Source: an uncultured Gammaproteobacteria bacterium (GTDB lineage: Bacteria; Patescibacteriota; Microgenomatia; Levybacterales; GWA1-39-11). Taken from it: a stretch of DNA of 64,000 nt. The position numbers and the translations under genes were made by a program. The stretch lies in NCBI GenBank assembly GCA_964596415.1, contig CAZQSX010000001.1:37508-101507 (forward strand), read 5' to 3'. Positions 28,985-38,533 of the stretch are shown piece by piece (the stretch's first letter is position 1; every line of letters begins with the position of its first letter). The notes under the pieces are model-generated. The model did no database searches, was not told the origin of the DNA, and saw nothing but the letters and a program-made list of their open reading frames with translations.

Positions 28985-29120
28985 CGTAGAGAGATTAGAG
29001 CTTAGTGAATAGAGAATAGTTATTTTTCTATAGATTCGATTACCCACTCTTCATATTTTTCATTTAAACTACGTTCTCATTTATACTGAATACTAAATAC
29101 AGTATACTTGATACTGAATT

Positions 29121-29945
29121 ATGGTTGATGTGCATTGTCATTTAAATTTCTATAAATTTGAAAATGATTTTGATCAAGTGATAAAAGATGCATTTCAGGC
29201 TGGAGTTAAAACCATTGTTAATACGGGAACAAGTATTGAATCAAGTAAAAAAGCAGTTGATCTAGCCTCGAAATATCCTAATTTGTACGCTATTGTTGGT
29301 ATTCATCCGCATCATGCGGACAAATCAGATGAAAAATATGAGGGCTTGATGCCCGAGGATTGGCTGGAGCAACTCGAAAAATTAGCTAAAAATGAAAAGG
29401 TGATAGGAATCGGAGAAATAGGGATGGATTATTGGAATTACCGGACAAATGGGATAGTTCCAAAAGATTTGCAGGAAGATGCTTTTAGAAAACAAATTGA
29501 ACTTTCCATAAAGCTATCTCTTCCGCTTCAAATTCACACGCGTCTTGCGTGGGATGATACGCTTTCTATACTTTCTGATTATGTAAAAGACTTGCAGGAT
29601 GTGCCAGGAATGTTTCATTGCTTTTCAGGAAGTACTGAATTTGCAAAAAAAGTTCTTGACGCAGGTTTTTATGTAGGATTTGATGGGAACATTACGTATC
29701 CAGGTATTCCACCAGGAGAAAGTACTGCGTTGTCAGAACTTGTGAAGTATGTGCCAATTGAGCGTATAGTTACTGAAACAGATAGTCCATTCTTGTCACC
29801 ACAAATTCTTCGTGGAACCAGAAATACCCCTAAAAATGTTATAATTATAGCAGGGGAGATCGCCCGGTTAAAAGGTATATCCTTTGAAGAGGTAAATACT
29901 ATTACCACAAAAAACGCACAAACAGTTTTTAGAAACATTGTATGA
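29121..29945 (+). CDS. tatD: TatD-family metal-dependent hydrolase/DNase
   Basis: MVDVHCHLNF, GIGEIGMDY, and His/Asp/Glu ligand pattern through HCFSG and FDGNITY. Confidence 0.85.
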   Translation: MVDVHCHLNFYKFENDFDQVIKDAFQAGVKTIVNTGTSIESSKKAVDLASKYPNLYAIVGIHPHHADKSDEKYEGLMPEDWLEQLEKLAKNEKVIGIGEIGMDYWNYRTNGIVPKDLQEDAFRKQIELSIKLSLPLQIHTRLAWDDTLSILSDYVKDLQDVPGMFHCFSGSTEFAKKVLDAGFYVGFDGNITYPGIPPGESTALSELVKYVPIERIVTETDSPFLSPQILRGTRNTPKNVIIIAGEIARLKGISFEEVNTITTKNAQTVFRNIV

Positions 29946-31438
29946 ATTATTATTTGAGCCTGTTTTTTACCAGATATCCGAGAAAATCAATAAGACTTCT
30001 TGAATTAATCCCTCCTTTGACCGCCCTATTTCTTATTAGTATCCCGTTTTGGGGATCGTTTTTCTTTCCGGTAATTCTTGCTTACTTTATTATATTCTTT
30101 GATATTTGGTGGCTTTATAAGTCTGTAAATTTGGCAATTTGTTCATTTATTGCGTCTAGAAAAATAAAAATTGCTGAAAAAACAGACTGGATGGAGAAAG
30201 TAATGAGTTTGCCACAAAGTTTAAAAATACATCATATTATTATCATCCCTACCTATAAAGAATCGCTAAATAAGCTCATGGAGACCATAAATAGTATCCA
30301 GTCTCAGACATTTCCCAAAAAACAAATACATATTTATTTAGCAATGGAAGAGAGGGAGGCAGAGGCTTTTCAGAAAGCAAAAGAATTGATAAAGCATTAC
30401 AAAAATGTTTTTGGAACAATAACGGCAACATTCCATCCGGATTTACCAAATGAAGTAAAAGGAAAATCTTCGAACCAAGCATTTGCAAGTGTTAAAGCGT
30501 ATAAGGAGTTAGTTGAGGGGGGTCGCATTGATATAGATTATGCGACAATCTCATCTGTTGATGCTGATTCTATTTTTGATGAGCAATATTTTGCGCACGT
30601 AGCTTACACATTTCTTACTTGCAAGAATCCTCATCTCTCATTTTTTCAATCTGCAAATGTTTACTATAATAATTTTTGGAAAGTTCCAGCTGGAACTCGG
30701 GTTATTGCATTTTTTGGAAGCTTATTGAGGACTTCACTTCTCGTTCAGGGATTAAAACTTATTCCTAATTCAACATATACACTTTCCTTTAAGCTTTTGA
30801 AAAACATCGGATATTGGGATACAGATGTTATTCCAGAAGACTATCGGGTATTTTTTAAAGCATTTTTTATGAATGAAGGAAAGGTTTCAGTTGAGCCAAT
30901 TTTTCTTAAAACGTCTATGGATGCACCTCAATCTATGACGTATGTTGGAAGCCTTATGAATAAATATAACCAAGAAAGAAGATGGTCTTGGGGAATTTCA
31001 GATGATGCTGTGTTTCTAAGATGGTGGTTGACCGTAAAAAATGTTCCTTTTCTAAAAAAGACATATTTGGTTTCAAATGTTTTGCTAGATCATATTTTAT
31101 GGCCAGTAAACTGGTTTATTATTACCATTTCTGCAAATTTAGTCGTATTTTTGAATCCTGTTTTTTCAAGAACAAGTCTTGGATATACGCTTCCTCAACT
31201 TTCAGGGTTCATATTAACGGTATGTTTATTTACTCTTTTTATTATGATTTATGTTGATTTTGATCTTCGTTCAAATAAATACGCGAAACCTTCTAAAATG
31301 AAACAGTTTATGTTTCCTTTAGAATTTGTGCTTATGCCGATTGCTGGATTTTTACTTTCCACAATTCCAGCGCTTATGTCACACCTACAACTCATACGAG
31401 GAAAGAGGATGGAGTATAAAGTAACTGAAAAGGTCTAA
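29942..31438 (+). CDS. membrane-integrated processive family-2 glycosyltransferase (cellulose/chitin-synthase-like)
   Basis: N-terminal TM pair, a GT-A domain with DxD (SSVDADSIF), the QxxRW motif (QERRWSWG), then a C-terminal multi-TM region. ATGA overlap with tatD. Confidence 0.8.
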   Translation: MNYYLSLFFTRYPRKSIRLLELIPPLTALFLISIPFWGSFFFPVILAYFIIFFDIWWLYKSVNLAICSFIASRKIKIAEKTDWMEKVMSLPQSLKIHHIIIIPTYKESLNKLMETINSIQSQTFPKKQIHIYLAMEEREAEAFQKAKELIKHYKNVFGTITATFHPDLPNEVKGKSSNQAFASVKAYKELVEGGRIDIDYATISSVDADSIFDEQYFAHVAYTFLTCKNPHLSFFQSANVYYNNFWKVPAGTRVIAFFGSLLRTSLLVQGLKLIPNSTYTLSFKLLKNIGYWDTDVIPEDYRVFFKAFFMNEGKVSVEPIFLKTSMDAPQSMTYVGSLMNKYNQERRWSWGISDDAVFLRWWLTVKNVPFLKKTYLVSNVLLDHILWPVNWFIITISANLVVFLNPVFSRTSLGYTLPQLSGFILTVCLFTLFIMIYVDFDLRSNKYAKPSKMKQFMFPLEFVLMPIAGFLLSTIPALMSHLQLIRGKRMEYKVTEKV

Positions 31439-31463
31439 CGACCATTTTTCTATAACTTTGCGT

Positions 31464-31478
31464 CTTGCCTTTGGCAAG
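31464..31478 (+). terminator. weak hairpin (CTTGCC-ttt-GGCAAG) followed by TTTAAAAGTT after the GT2 gene
   Basis: 6-bp stem with a 3-nt loop. The downstream run is A/T-rich but not a clean U-tract. Confidence 0.3.
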
Positions 31479-31486
31479 TTTAAAAG

Positions 31487-33040
31487 TTGCCAATAAATTC
31501 TAGAATGGAGTTATTAAAAAAAATTTATAAAAAAGAAGTAAAGCCTGACTATGATTATTTCTTTCTCATTGGGGTTGTATTTTTATTTATCCTTCTAAGG
31601 ATTCCATCCCTTGTTGAGCCAGATTGGTATGGTGATGAAGGAATATATCAGGTAATTGGACGAGCACTTAATTCGGGGAGAATGTTATATTCTGGGATCT
31701 GGGATAATAAGCCGCCGCTTTTATACGTTTTATACGCGTTTGTAAATGGAGATTTATTTTTAATTAGATTGTTGTCTCTTGTTTTCGGAGCGCTTTCAAT
31801 AATTGTGTTTTTCTTTGTTGCAAGAAATCTTTTTCAGAAAAGGGTTTCATTATTTTCTGCAACTTTTGCTTTTGGATTTTTGTTTGGGATACCTCTTCTG
31901 GAAGGAAATATTGCAAATGCAGAGAATTTCATGATTCTGCCAATTCTTCTTGCTTTGTATCTTTTAATAAAACTTAAAAAATCTTCGTCAGTTTTTCAGC
32001 CTGCCCTTATAGGGATACTTCTTTCAGTTGCATTTTTAACGAAGATAGTTGCGTTGTTTGATTTTATTGCATTTGTTTTTATTTTATTTACGTTACGTTT
32101 TTATGATTTAAGTTTTATTGATTTGAAGCATTTTCTTTCACGTCCAAAAGAGCTTATCAGGGTTATAAAGCTTGAAACGATTCTTGCGGTTGCATTTCTA
32201 ACCCCCATTTTTTTAACAGGTCTGTACTTTTTACTCGTAGGTAGTTTTCAAGATTTTTTTAGGGCAGCGTTCTCCCAAAATGTAGGATATGTAGGATACG
32301 CGAATTTATTACAGTTTAAGCTGGGAACCATGGACGTGTCTGTGCCGCAAGGGATTTTAATACTGAAAGTAATTGCTTTATTTATCGCAATAATACTTAC
32401 CATTCTGTTTAGAAGAAAACTTGGAAGGGCAGGAGTAGCAATATATCTTTGGATGTTATTTTCACTTTTTAATACGTTTTTTTCAGGAAGACCGTATACG
32501 CATTATATGTTAGTTTCCCTACCTGCTTTTTGTTTATTTTTTGGTTTATTATTTGAAAAAGCAGAAGTGCGATTAAAAGTGTTTCATGTTTTCATATTTA
32601 TTATTGTCTTACTTCTTTTGCGAAAAAACTTTTGGATGTATACAAAAATCACACCGTACTATGCAAATTATGTTGAATTTATGAATGGGCAAAGGTCTAT
32701 TACAACATATCAATCTTTTTTTGATAGAATAACACCTAGAGATTATGAGATAGCTCGATTTATTGAGATAAATACAAAACCAGAAGATGCAATATTTTTA
32801 GTTTCTGACAGTGGGCAAATTTATTTTCTCGCGGATAAGTTACCACCTGGACGTTATATAGTTGCATATCATATTTCATTTTATAAAGATGGAATTTTAG
32901 AAACTCAGAAAGCAATAGATGAAGCAAAACCAAAATATATAATTGTTACAAAAGATGGTGAGTTGAAAAATAATTTTTTATCAAATTATGAATTAAGATA
33001 TTTACTAAATTCAATCCAAATTTATGAGCGTGAGGAATAG
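31487..33040 (+). CDS. GT-C-fold glycosyltransferase of the ArnT/PMT (family 39/83-like) type
   Basis: First extracytoplasmic loop DWYGDEGIYQVIGRALNSGRMLYSGIWDNKPPLLYVLYAF, with the DE/D-x-D acidic motif and hydrophobic pattern typical of PMT_2/ArnT. About 12 TM helices plus a C-terminal soluble domain. Confidence 0.7.
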   Translation: MPINSRMELLKKIYKKEVKPDYDYFFLIGVVFLFILLRIPSLVEPDWYGDEGIYQVIGRALNSGRMLYSGIWDNKPPLLYVLYAFVNGDLFLIRLLSLVFGALSIIVFFFVARNLFQKRVSLFSATFAFGFLFGIPLLEGNIANAENFMILPILLALYLLIKLKKSSSVFQPALIGILLSVAFLTKIVALFDFIAFVFILFTLRFYDLSFIDLKHFLSRPKELIRVIKLETILAVAFLTPIFLTGLYFLLVGSFQDFFRAAFSQNVGYVGYANLLQFKLGTMDVSVPQGILILKVIALFIAIILTILFRRKLGRAGVAIYLWMLFSLFNTFFSGRPYTHYMLVSLPAFCLFFGLLFEKAEVRLKVFHVFIFIIVLLLLRKNFWMYTKITPYYANYVEFMNGQRSITTYQSFFDRITPRDYEIARFIEINTKPEDAIFLVSDSGQIYFLADKLPPGRYIVAYHISFYKDGILETQKAIDEAKPKYIIVTKDGELKNNFLSNYELRYLLNSIQIYEREE

Positions 33041-33377
33041 TTTTATAGTACGAGATAGTAGCATAAAATATCCATTTTTTTTATGTATTTTTTTTCTGAC
33101 AATTCAAGTAATACTTATAGCCATTTTTTACAGTAGTCTTCCGCCTCTTATTCCACTTTTTAATAGTTTACCTTGGGGGGGAAATAGATTAGCTCTTTCC
33201 CAGCTTATTTTTTTAGTTCCTGCAGTTTCTATTGTTGTTATCTTTTTAAATCTATATATAGCAAAACTTATTTACACAAAACATACGCTTGTTGCTAGAA
33301 TACTAACGGTAAACGGTTTCTTAGTCTCATTATTAGGTTTTTTTGCATTGGTACAGATTTTACTGCTTATATTTTAA
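33024..33377 (+). CDS. small membrane protein (117 aa, 3 TM)
   Basis: Hydrophobic ORF overlapping the preceding gene by 17 nt and ending 1 nt before the next. Confidence 0.45.
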   Translation: MSVRNSFIVRDSSIKYPFFLCIFFLTIQVILIAIFYSSLPPLIPLFNSLPWGGNRLALSQLIFLVPAVSIVVIFLNLYIAKLIYTKHTLVARILTVNGFLVSLLGFFALVQILLLIF

Positions 33378-33378
33378 T

Positions 33379-34428
33379 ATGAATTTTTTACAACCAAGTA
33401 TTATTTTTTTAGTACCGTTTATTTTGTGTATTATTTTTGTTCCGGTGGTAATCTCCTTTGCTAAAAAGTATGGATTACTCGATGACCCTAAAACACATAA
33501 GCATCCTGCAATAATTCATAAAAAACCAATCCCTCGGGCGGGGGGGTTACCAATTCTTATTGCGATTATAATTTCTTCACTGTTTTTTCTTCCCGCTTAC
33601 CCTCAGCTACTTATTATATATATGTGCTCTATTGGGGTAGTTATCGTAGGTTTACTTGATGATAAGTATGATATTTCTCCTTACTTTAGATTTTTTACAA
33701 ATATTTTATTCGCTGGAATAGTTGTTTTTGCAGCAGGGGTTACTATTCCTTACGTGACGAATCCTTTAGGGGGAATAGTGCACTTTACGGGTTTTGAGCT
33801 TTCAAAACTATTTGTTCCTCAGCTTTTTGCAATCATATGGATTGTATGGATTATGAACATGTTGAACTGGAGTAAAGGAGTTGACGGACAAATGCCTGGT
33901 ATAGCTGCTATTTCATCAATTATCATTGGTGTTGCAGCGTATAGATTTCCTGAAGTTACTGAGGCAAATATTATTGCAGGCAATTTATCTTTCATAGTTG
34001 CGGGTGCAGCTGCTGGTTTTTTGGTTTATAATTTTTATCCTGCTAAGATATTTCCCGGGTATTCAGCAACTATTCTTGGTTTTTTAATTGGAATTTTGTC
34101 AATTCTTTCAGGCGTTAAGCTCGCAACTGCACTTCTTGTTATGGGTGTTCCCGCAGTTGACGCTTTATTAACCGTCTCAAGAAGGCTACTTTCCAAGAGA
34201 TCTCCTTTCTGGCATGATAAAGGTCACTTGCACCATCTATTACTTGATGCAGGAATGTCTCAAAAACAAATTGCCATATCATACTGGATCATGTCTCTTA
34301 TTTTAGGACTTATAGCATTAAACCTTTCAAGTAAAGGAAAATTATTTGCTATAATTTTGTTACTAGTGATAGTTGGTGGGGTAATCATTACGCTTAAGTA
34401 TATTTTAAAAAAAAATAAAACTGCATGA
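33379..34428 (+). CDS. polyprenyl-phosphate N-acetylhexosamine-1-phosphate transferase (MraY/WecA, GT4 family)
   Basis: About 10 TM helices. Cytoplasmic loop motifs MNMLNWSKGVDGQ and the YPAKIFPGYSATILGF region. Start taken at MNFLQP. Confidence 0.75.
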   Translation: MNFLQPSIIFLVPFILCIIFVPVVISFAKKYGLLDDPKTHKHPAIIHKKPIPRAGGLPILIAIIISSLFFLPAYPQLLIIYMCSIGVVIVGLLDDKYDISPYFRFFTNILFAGIVVFAAGVTIPYVTNPLGGIVHFTGFELSKLFVPQLFAIIWIVWIMNMLNWSKGVDGQMPGIAAISSIIIGVAAYRFPEVTEANIIAGNLSFIVAGAAAGFLVYNFYPAKIFPGYSATILGFLIGILSILSGVKLATALLVMGVPAVDALLTVSRRLLSKRSPFWHDKGHLHHLLLDAGMSQKQIAISYWIMSLILGLIALNLSSKGKLFAIILLLVIVGGVIITLKYILKKNKTA

Positions 34429-35366
34429 GAAATACAATTTTTTTCTATTATTTTAAATTATTAAGACCAAGGCAGTGGCTAAAGAATTTTGCACTTTTTG
34501 CAGCTCCTATGTTTGGTGGTCAGTTGTTTTTACCTGAAGTAATGATTCCGATTGTTTGGGGCTTTATTGCTTTTTGTTTACTCTCATCTGCAACATATGT
34601 TATTAATGATTTACTAGACATTGAAAAAGATAAACTACATCCATTCAAAAAAAATAGACCCATTGCAGCTGGGGTTATTTCTCCTCGGGCAGGGATTATA
34701 TATTTTGTGTTTTTGATTTCTACATCTCTGTATATTTCATTTCACACGTCAATTCTGTTTTTCTTAATTGCCGTTTTGTATCTTATTTTGCAACTTTCAT
34801 ATTCACTTATCTTTAAAAATATTGTAATCTTTGACATTCTAATTATTGCTTCTGGATATTTTTTACGTGTGTATGCTGGCGAAATTCTTTCAGGGTACCA
34901 TATATCTATTTGGCTTCTCTTAACAACCGTGTCTATTTCGCTCTTTTTGGCGGTAGGTAAAAGAAGATCAGAGTTAACGCTTTTAAAAGATAAAACAGGA
35001 AGCCATTTGGCAGCGGTGAGAAAAAGTTTATCTCATTATTCTGAGCATTTGCTTGATGCGTATTCTATGATGTTTGCTGCTTCAACGCTTATTTTCTATG
35101 CACTTTTTACTTTTCAGGAATCTTCCAGAGGAATTCAGGCCCCTGAGATTTTTCTTCCAGAATTTCTACCGGATTACTTTCAGCGTAAATGGTTGATGGT
35201 TACAACTTTTCCTGTGATTTACGGAGTTATGAGATATCTTCAGGATATTTATGAAAAGTCTGAGGGTGAAAGTCCTGAGCGAGTACTTCTTTCAGATAAA
35301 GCTTTATTATCAGCTGTTATTATGTGGGGGCTTCTTGTTATATTTGTTATTTACGTTATTGGTTAG
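34425..35366 (+). CDS. UbiA-superfamily prenyltransferase, decaprenyl-phosphate phosphoribosyltransferase-like
   Basis: KLLRPRQWLKNFALFAAPMFGG and the Asp-rich motif YVINDLLDIEKDKLHPFKKNRPIAAG (NDxxDxxxD). About 8 TM helices. ATGA overlap with the upstream gene. Confidence 0.7.
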   Translation: MRNTIFFYYFKLLRPRQWLKNFALFAAPMFGGQLFLPEVMIPIVWGFIAFCLLSSATYVINDLLDIEKDKLHPFKKNRPIAAGVISPRAGIIYFVFLISTSLYISFHTSILFFLIAVLYLILQLSYSLIFKNIVIFDILIIASGYFLRVYAGEILSGYHISIWLLLTTVSISLFLAVGKRRSELTLLKDKTGSHLAAVRKSLSHYSEHLLDAYSMMFAASTLIFYALFTFQESSRGIQAPEIFLPEFLPDYFQRKWLMVTTFPVIYGVMRYLQDIYEKSEGESPERVLLSDKALLSAVIMWGLLVIFVIYVIG

Positions 35367-36201
35367 AAAGCTTTGTATAATCTTCACTTACCCAACCTTG
35401 CTTACCTTCTGCTAGTTGTATTTGATACCATCCATCTTGCTCATTCACATAGGGAAAAATTTCTCCGGGTTTAACTTGGCTTACTTCTGAGAAGTTAACA
35501 CTTGGTCCGCTTCTTACCCGAAGGAATCCAACAGGCGTTGAGAGAATGGTCACTGTTTGTGAGTCTGGAGTGGGTGTGGGGGTTGGTGGTTCTTGTCCAG
35601 GAAGATTTTCTGTTTCAGTGGGTACGGTGCCAAGTACCGCTTCAACGATCAATTTATATCCAGGGACGGTTCTAACAAGAATTGTTTTTTTACCATACCC
35701 TCCTTTTTGAAGCTCAACTTCATGTTCAGATGTTGTTATATCAGTTATTGTTTTTGGAGTTACCCCAACGTCATCTCCGTCAAGTGTTATAAGAGAACCG
35801 TCTGGAATTGAGGTAACAAATAATTCTGTTTTTTGTCCTTTTATCTTTTCTAGATATAAGACATATGATGAGGCATATGATCCAGGAAGAAAAGTTCTGT
35901 CAACAGCTGTGAGTACTCCGTTTAGAATCTTAACTTTTGTGGAATAGGTTTCTGATCCGTCATCAGGAATAAGTTGAAGCGTATAGAGACCAGCGTTTAT
36001 GGTATCTTGTGGGTCGCATAGACAAAGAGGTGTGTTTCCGATTGCTTTTCCGTTTAGAACTACTTTTGCTCTTACATTGCTATCTACTTTTAATGCTCCT
36101 TTTCCTTTTGGTAAAAACCGGTCTATTAATTGGAAGAGAAGAAAAAATCCGATAAAAATAAGAATTATTGCGAAAAATGAAAACAAGCGTTTTTTCTTCA
36201 T
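35356..36201 (-). CDS. membrane-anchored PEGA-domain protein with C-terminal SH3b-like domain
   Basis: TM anchor, PEGA-like repeats (AKVVLNGKAIGNTPL; ITLDGDDVGVTPKTI), a PT linker, and a C-terminal GFLRVRSGPS...GWYQI...GWVSEDY region (SH3_3-like). Start taken at MKKKRLF; the ORF track gives 36279. Confidence 0.7.
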   Translation of the reverse strand: MKKKRLFSFFAIILIFIGFFLLFQLIDRFLPKGKGALKVDSNVRAKVVLNGKAIGNTPLCLCDPQDTINAGLYTLQLIPDDGSETYSTKVKILNGVLTAVDRTFLPGSYASSYVLYLEKIKGQKTELFVTSIPDGSLITLDGDDVGVTPKTITDITTSEHEVELQKGGYGKKTILVRTVPGYKLIVEAVLGTVPTETENLPGQEPPTPTPTPDSQTVTILSTPVGFLRVRSGPSVNFSEVSQVKPGEIFPYVNEQDGWYQIQLAEGKQGWVSEDYTKLSNQ

Positions 36202-36313
36202 AAAACAGTATGATTTATAATACCAGAGGAAAAGTGACGAGACAAGTAAAGATAAACTATATGATATTGACCCCACCAACTTACTTCTCGCCTTTTTAAT
36301 TCTATCTAAAAGA

Positions 36314-36336
36314 ACGAGTACTCGAGTATTCGAATA
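36314..36336. promoter_or_regulatory. Nested perfect palindromes GAGTACTC / TACTCGAGTA / GTATTCGAATAC in a divergent intergenic region
   Basis: Seen directly, between the PEGA gene (minus) and hsp20 (plus). Confidence 0.5.
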
Positions 36337-36381
36337 CGGCTCAAAGAGCGTTTATGGAGGGGTCTGCGACCTTTCAGGTAT

Positions 36382-36425
36382 TGACAAATTAGCAGTTAAT
36401 ATGCTAGACTGCTAATGTATAAATT
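36382..36425 (+). promoter_or_regulatory. hsp20 promoter with embedded CIRCE-like operator: -35 TTGACA, TTAGCA-gttaatatgctagac-TGCTAA, -10 TATAAAT
   Basis: The inverted repeat TTAGCA-N15-TGCTAA has exactly the spacing of the canonical CIRCE (TTAGCACTC-N9-GAGTGCTAA) and lies between the -35 and -10 boxes. Confidence 0.65.
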
Positions 36426-36587
36426 CTTAAGTATGAAGAGCAAAGGAGGTGAAAAAGAAACTACAAGTATATACCGCTAACTCTTGGTGCATCCCTCGGA
36501 TATAACCTCGGGATTTACCAGAGACTCTCGGTATAGTTTCATAAACGAATACAAATTAGATATATTCTAATGTAGTTTATTTCAATT

Positions 36588-37022
36588 ATGGCAATTATAA
36601 GATGGAATCCTTGGAATATAGATCGCTTCTTTGAAGACGATTTTGACATGCCGACCATTCCTGGTGTATCTAGGCTTATGGGTCAAGGTCTTAATATCTA
36701 TGAAACAGAAAGTGCAGTAGTTGCAGAAGCAGCACTTCCTGGAATACAGGAGGATAAAGTAGACGTGACTTTCGAAGATGGAGTGGTTCGAGTAAGTGCA
36801 TCAATGGAAGATAATAAGGAAGAAAAAGATAAAAGACGATATTTTATGTCTTCTATGTCTACTTCCTTCAACTATTCATTTAAGGTTCCAACAGGGATTG
36901 TTCAGGATAAGGAACCAGAGGCAGAGCTGGAAGATGGTGTTCTGAAACTTACATTCAAAAAGATTGAAAAGAAAGAACCCAAGAAAATTAAAGTTACTAA
37001 AAAAGCAAAAGTTTTAAAATAG
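36588..37022 (+). CDS. Hsp20/alpha-crystallin small heat-shock protein
   Basis: MAIIRWNPW...DRFFEDDF N-terminus, an alpha-crystallin domain (VDVTFEDGVVRV ... AELEDGVLKLTF), and a basic C-terminus. Confidence 0.9.
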   Translation: MAIIRWNPWNIDRFFEDDFDMPTIPGVSRLMGQGLNIYETESAVVAEAALPGIQEDKVDVTFEDGVVRVSASMEDNKEEKDKRRYFMSSMSTSFNYSFKVPTGIVQDKEPEAELEDGVLKLTFKKIEKKEPKKIKVTKKAKVLK

Positions 37023-37074
37023 TAACTTGATTTTAATAACTTCGAAAGCCTCCGAGATTATCGGGGGCTTTTTT

Positions 37075-38496
37075 CTAGGAAAGCCTGGGGAATACTGGAT
37101 CAGAAGATACAATTTTTTCTGCAGTGAATTGGTTGAGTATTTTTTCAGCGGTTGTTGGTAGAAATGGTTGCAGATTATACGCAATGTGAATAATCTGATC
37201 AACCAATTTCACAAGGATTTGTTTTAATTCTTCATTTTCTTTCTCCCAGGGTTTTTGTTCATTTATTGAAACATCAGCATTTTTTATTTCACTCCAAATG
37301 TGTTCTAGTCCGCGGCTAAAATCATAAAGATCAAGTTGTTCTTTTAATTTTGAGTCAAGTTTTTCCGGCACACTTCCTCCTTGAAGTTCTACTTTTTCAC
37401 AAAGTTTTGCAATCCTTGAACACAAGTTTCCAAGCCCGTTTGCAAGATCTGAATTGTATACTTCGCGCAGTCTTTGTTCTGAAAAATCACCATCTCCGGT
37501 TGCAGGAATTTGGGACAGAAAATAATAGCGCAGTGCATCTACTCCGTATTTTTGGATCAGTGCGTTAGGATCAACTACATTTCCTAGAGTCTTTGACATT
37601 TTCTGACCATCTACCGTGAAGTATCCATGTACAAAAATTTCTTTTGGTAATTTTAGTCCAGCAGATAGTAAAAACGCTGGCCAATATACAGCGTGAAATC
37701 TGATAATGCCTTTTCCAATAACATGTACATCTGCCGGCCACCATTTGTTATATTCTTCTTCATTCGTTGCAAACCCAATTCCTGATTGGTAAATGTTGAG
37801 TGCGTCAAACCACACATACATTTTTTGGCTGTCATCTCCTGGAACTGGTACTCCCCAATTTTTTGCGCGAGCGTTTGTTCTGCTGATACTGATATCTTGA
37901 AGTCCTGTTTTTACAAATGATAAAACTTCATTTTTTCTTGACTCAGGAATAATCTTAATTACGTCGTTACTAAGAAGATCTTCAATTTGAGTTTGGTATT
38001 TTGATAATTTAAAAAAGTAATTTTCCTCCGTTACTTCTTCCAGCTTTCTTCCCGGGTGCTCAAAACATTCTCCTTTTTCATTTAGCTCTTCTTTTTCATA
38101 GAAAAGTTCACAACCCACGCAGTAAAGCCCTGAATAAGATTTTTTATAAATATCCCCAGCAGCACTACATAGTTCCCAAAGCTTTTGTGAAGACTTATGA
38201 TGCATTTCACTTGATCCTTTTTGAAACACATCAAACTTAACATTTAAATTTTTTGAGAGCTGTTCAAAAAGTTCTGTGTTTTTGTCTATAAATTCCTGAA
38301 TGGGTATTCCTTCTTTTTCAGCAGCCTGAACATTCTTCATTGCATTTTCATCCCCACCACATAGCAGTAGCACATCATCCCCTAATAATTTGCGATACCT
38401 TCGCACAGTGTCTGACTGCACAAATTCTAGCGCATGCCCTACGTGAGGTTTTGCGTTTACATACGGAATAGCATTTGTTATATAAAACTTATTCAT
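37075..38496 (-). CDS. metG: methionyl-tRNA synthetase, core only (no C-terminal tRNA-binding domain)
   Basis: HIGH-class motif PYVNAKPHVGHA, KMSKTLGN, and the connective peptide with a CxxC...C knuckle. Start taken at MNKFYIT; the ORF track's upstream Met is judged noncoding. About 474 aa. Confidence 0.9.
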   Translation of the reverse strand: MNKFYITNAIPYVNAKPHVGHALEFVQSDTVRRYRKLLGDDVLLLCGGDENAMKNVQAAEKEGIPIQEFIDKNTELFEQLSKNLNVKFDVFQKGSSEMHHKSSQKLWELCSAAGDIYKKSYSGLYCVGCELFYEKEELNEKGECFEHPGRKLEEVTEENYFFKLSKYQTQIEDLLSNDVIKIIPESRKNEVLSFVKTGLQDISISRTNARAKNWGVPVPGDDSQKMYVWFDALNIYQSGIGFATNEEEYNKWWPADVHVIGKGIIRFHAVYWPAFLLSAGLKLPKEIFVHGYFTVDGQKMSKTLGNVVDPNALIQKYGVDALRYYFLSQIPATGDGDFSEQRLREVYNSDLANGLGNLCSRIAKLCEKVELQGGSVPEKLDSKLKEQLDLYDFSRGLEHIWSEIKNADVSINEQKPWEKENEELKQILVKLVDQIIHIAYNLQPFLPTTAEKILNQFTAEKIVSSDPVFPRLS

Positions 38497-38533
38497 GCAT
38501 GAATTGTACCAAGAGGAGGCTAAAATGACAATC

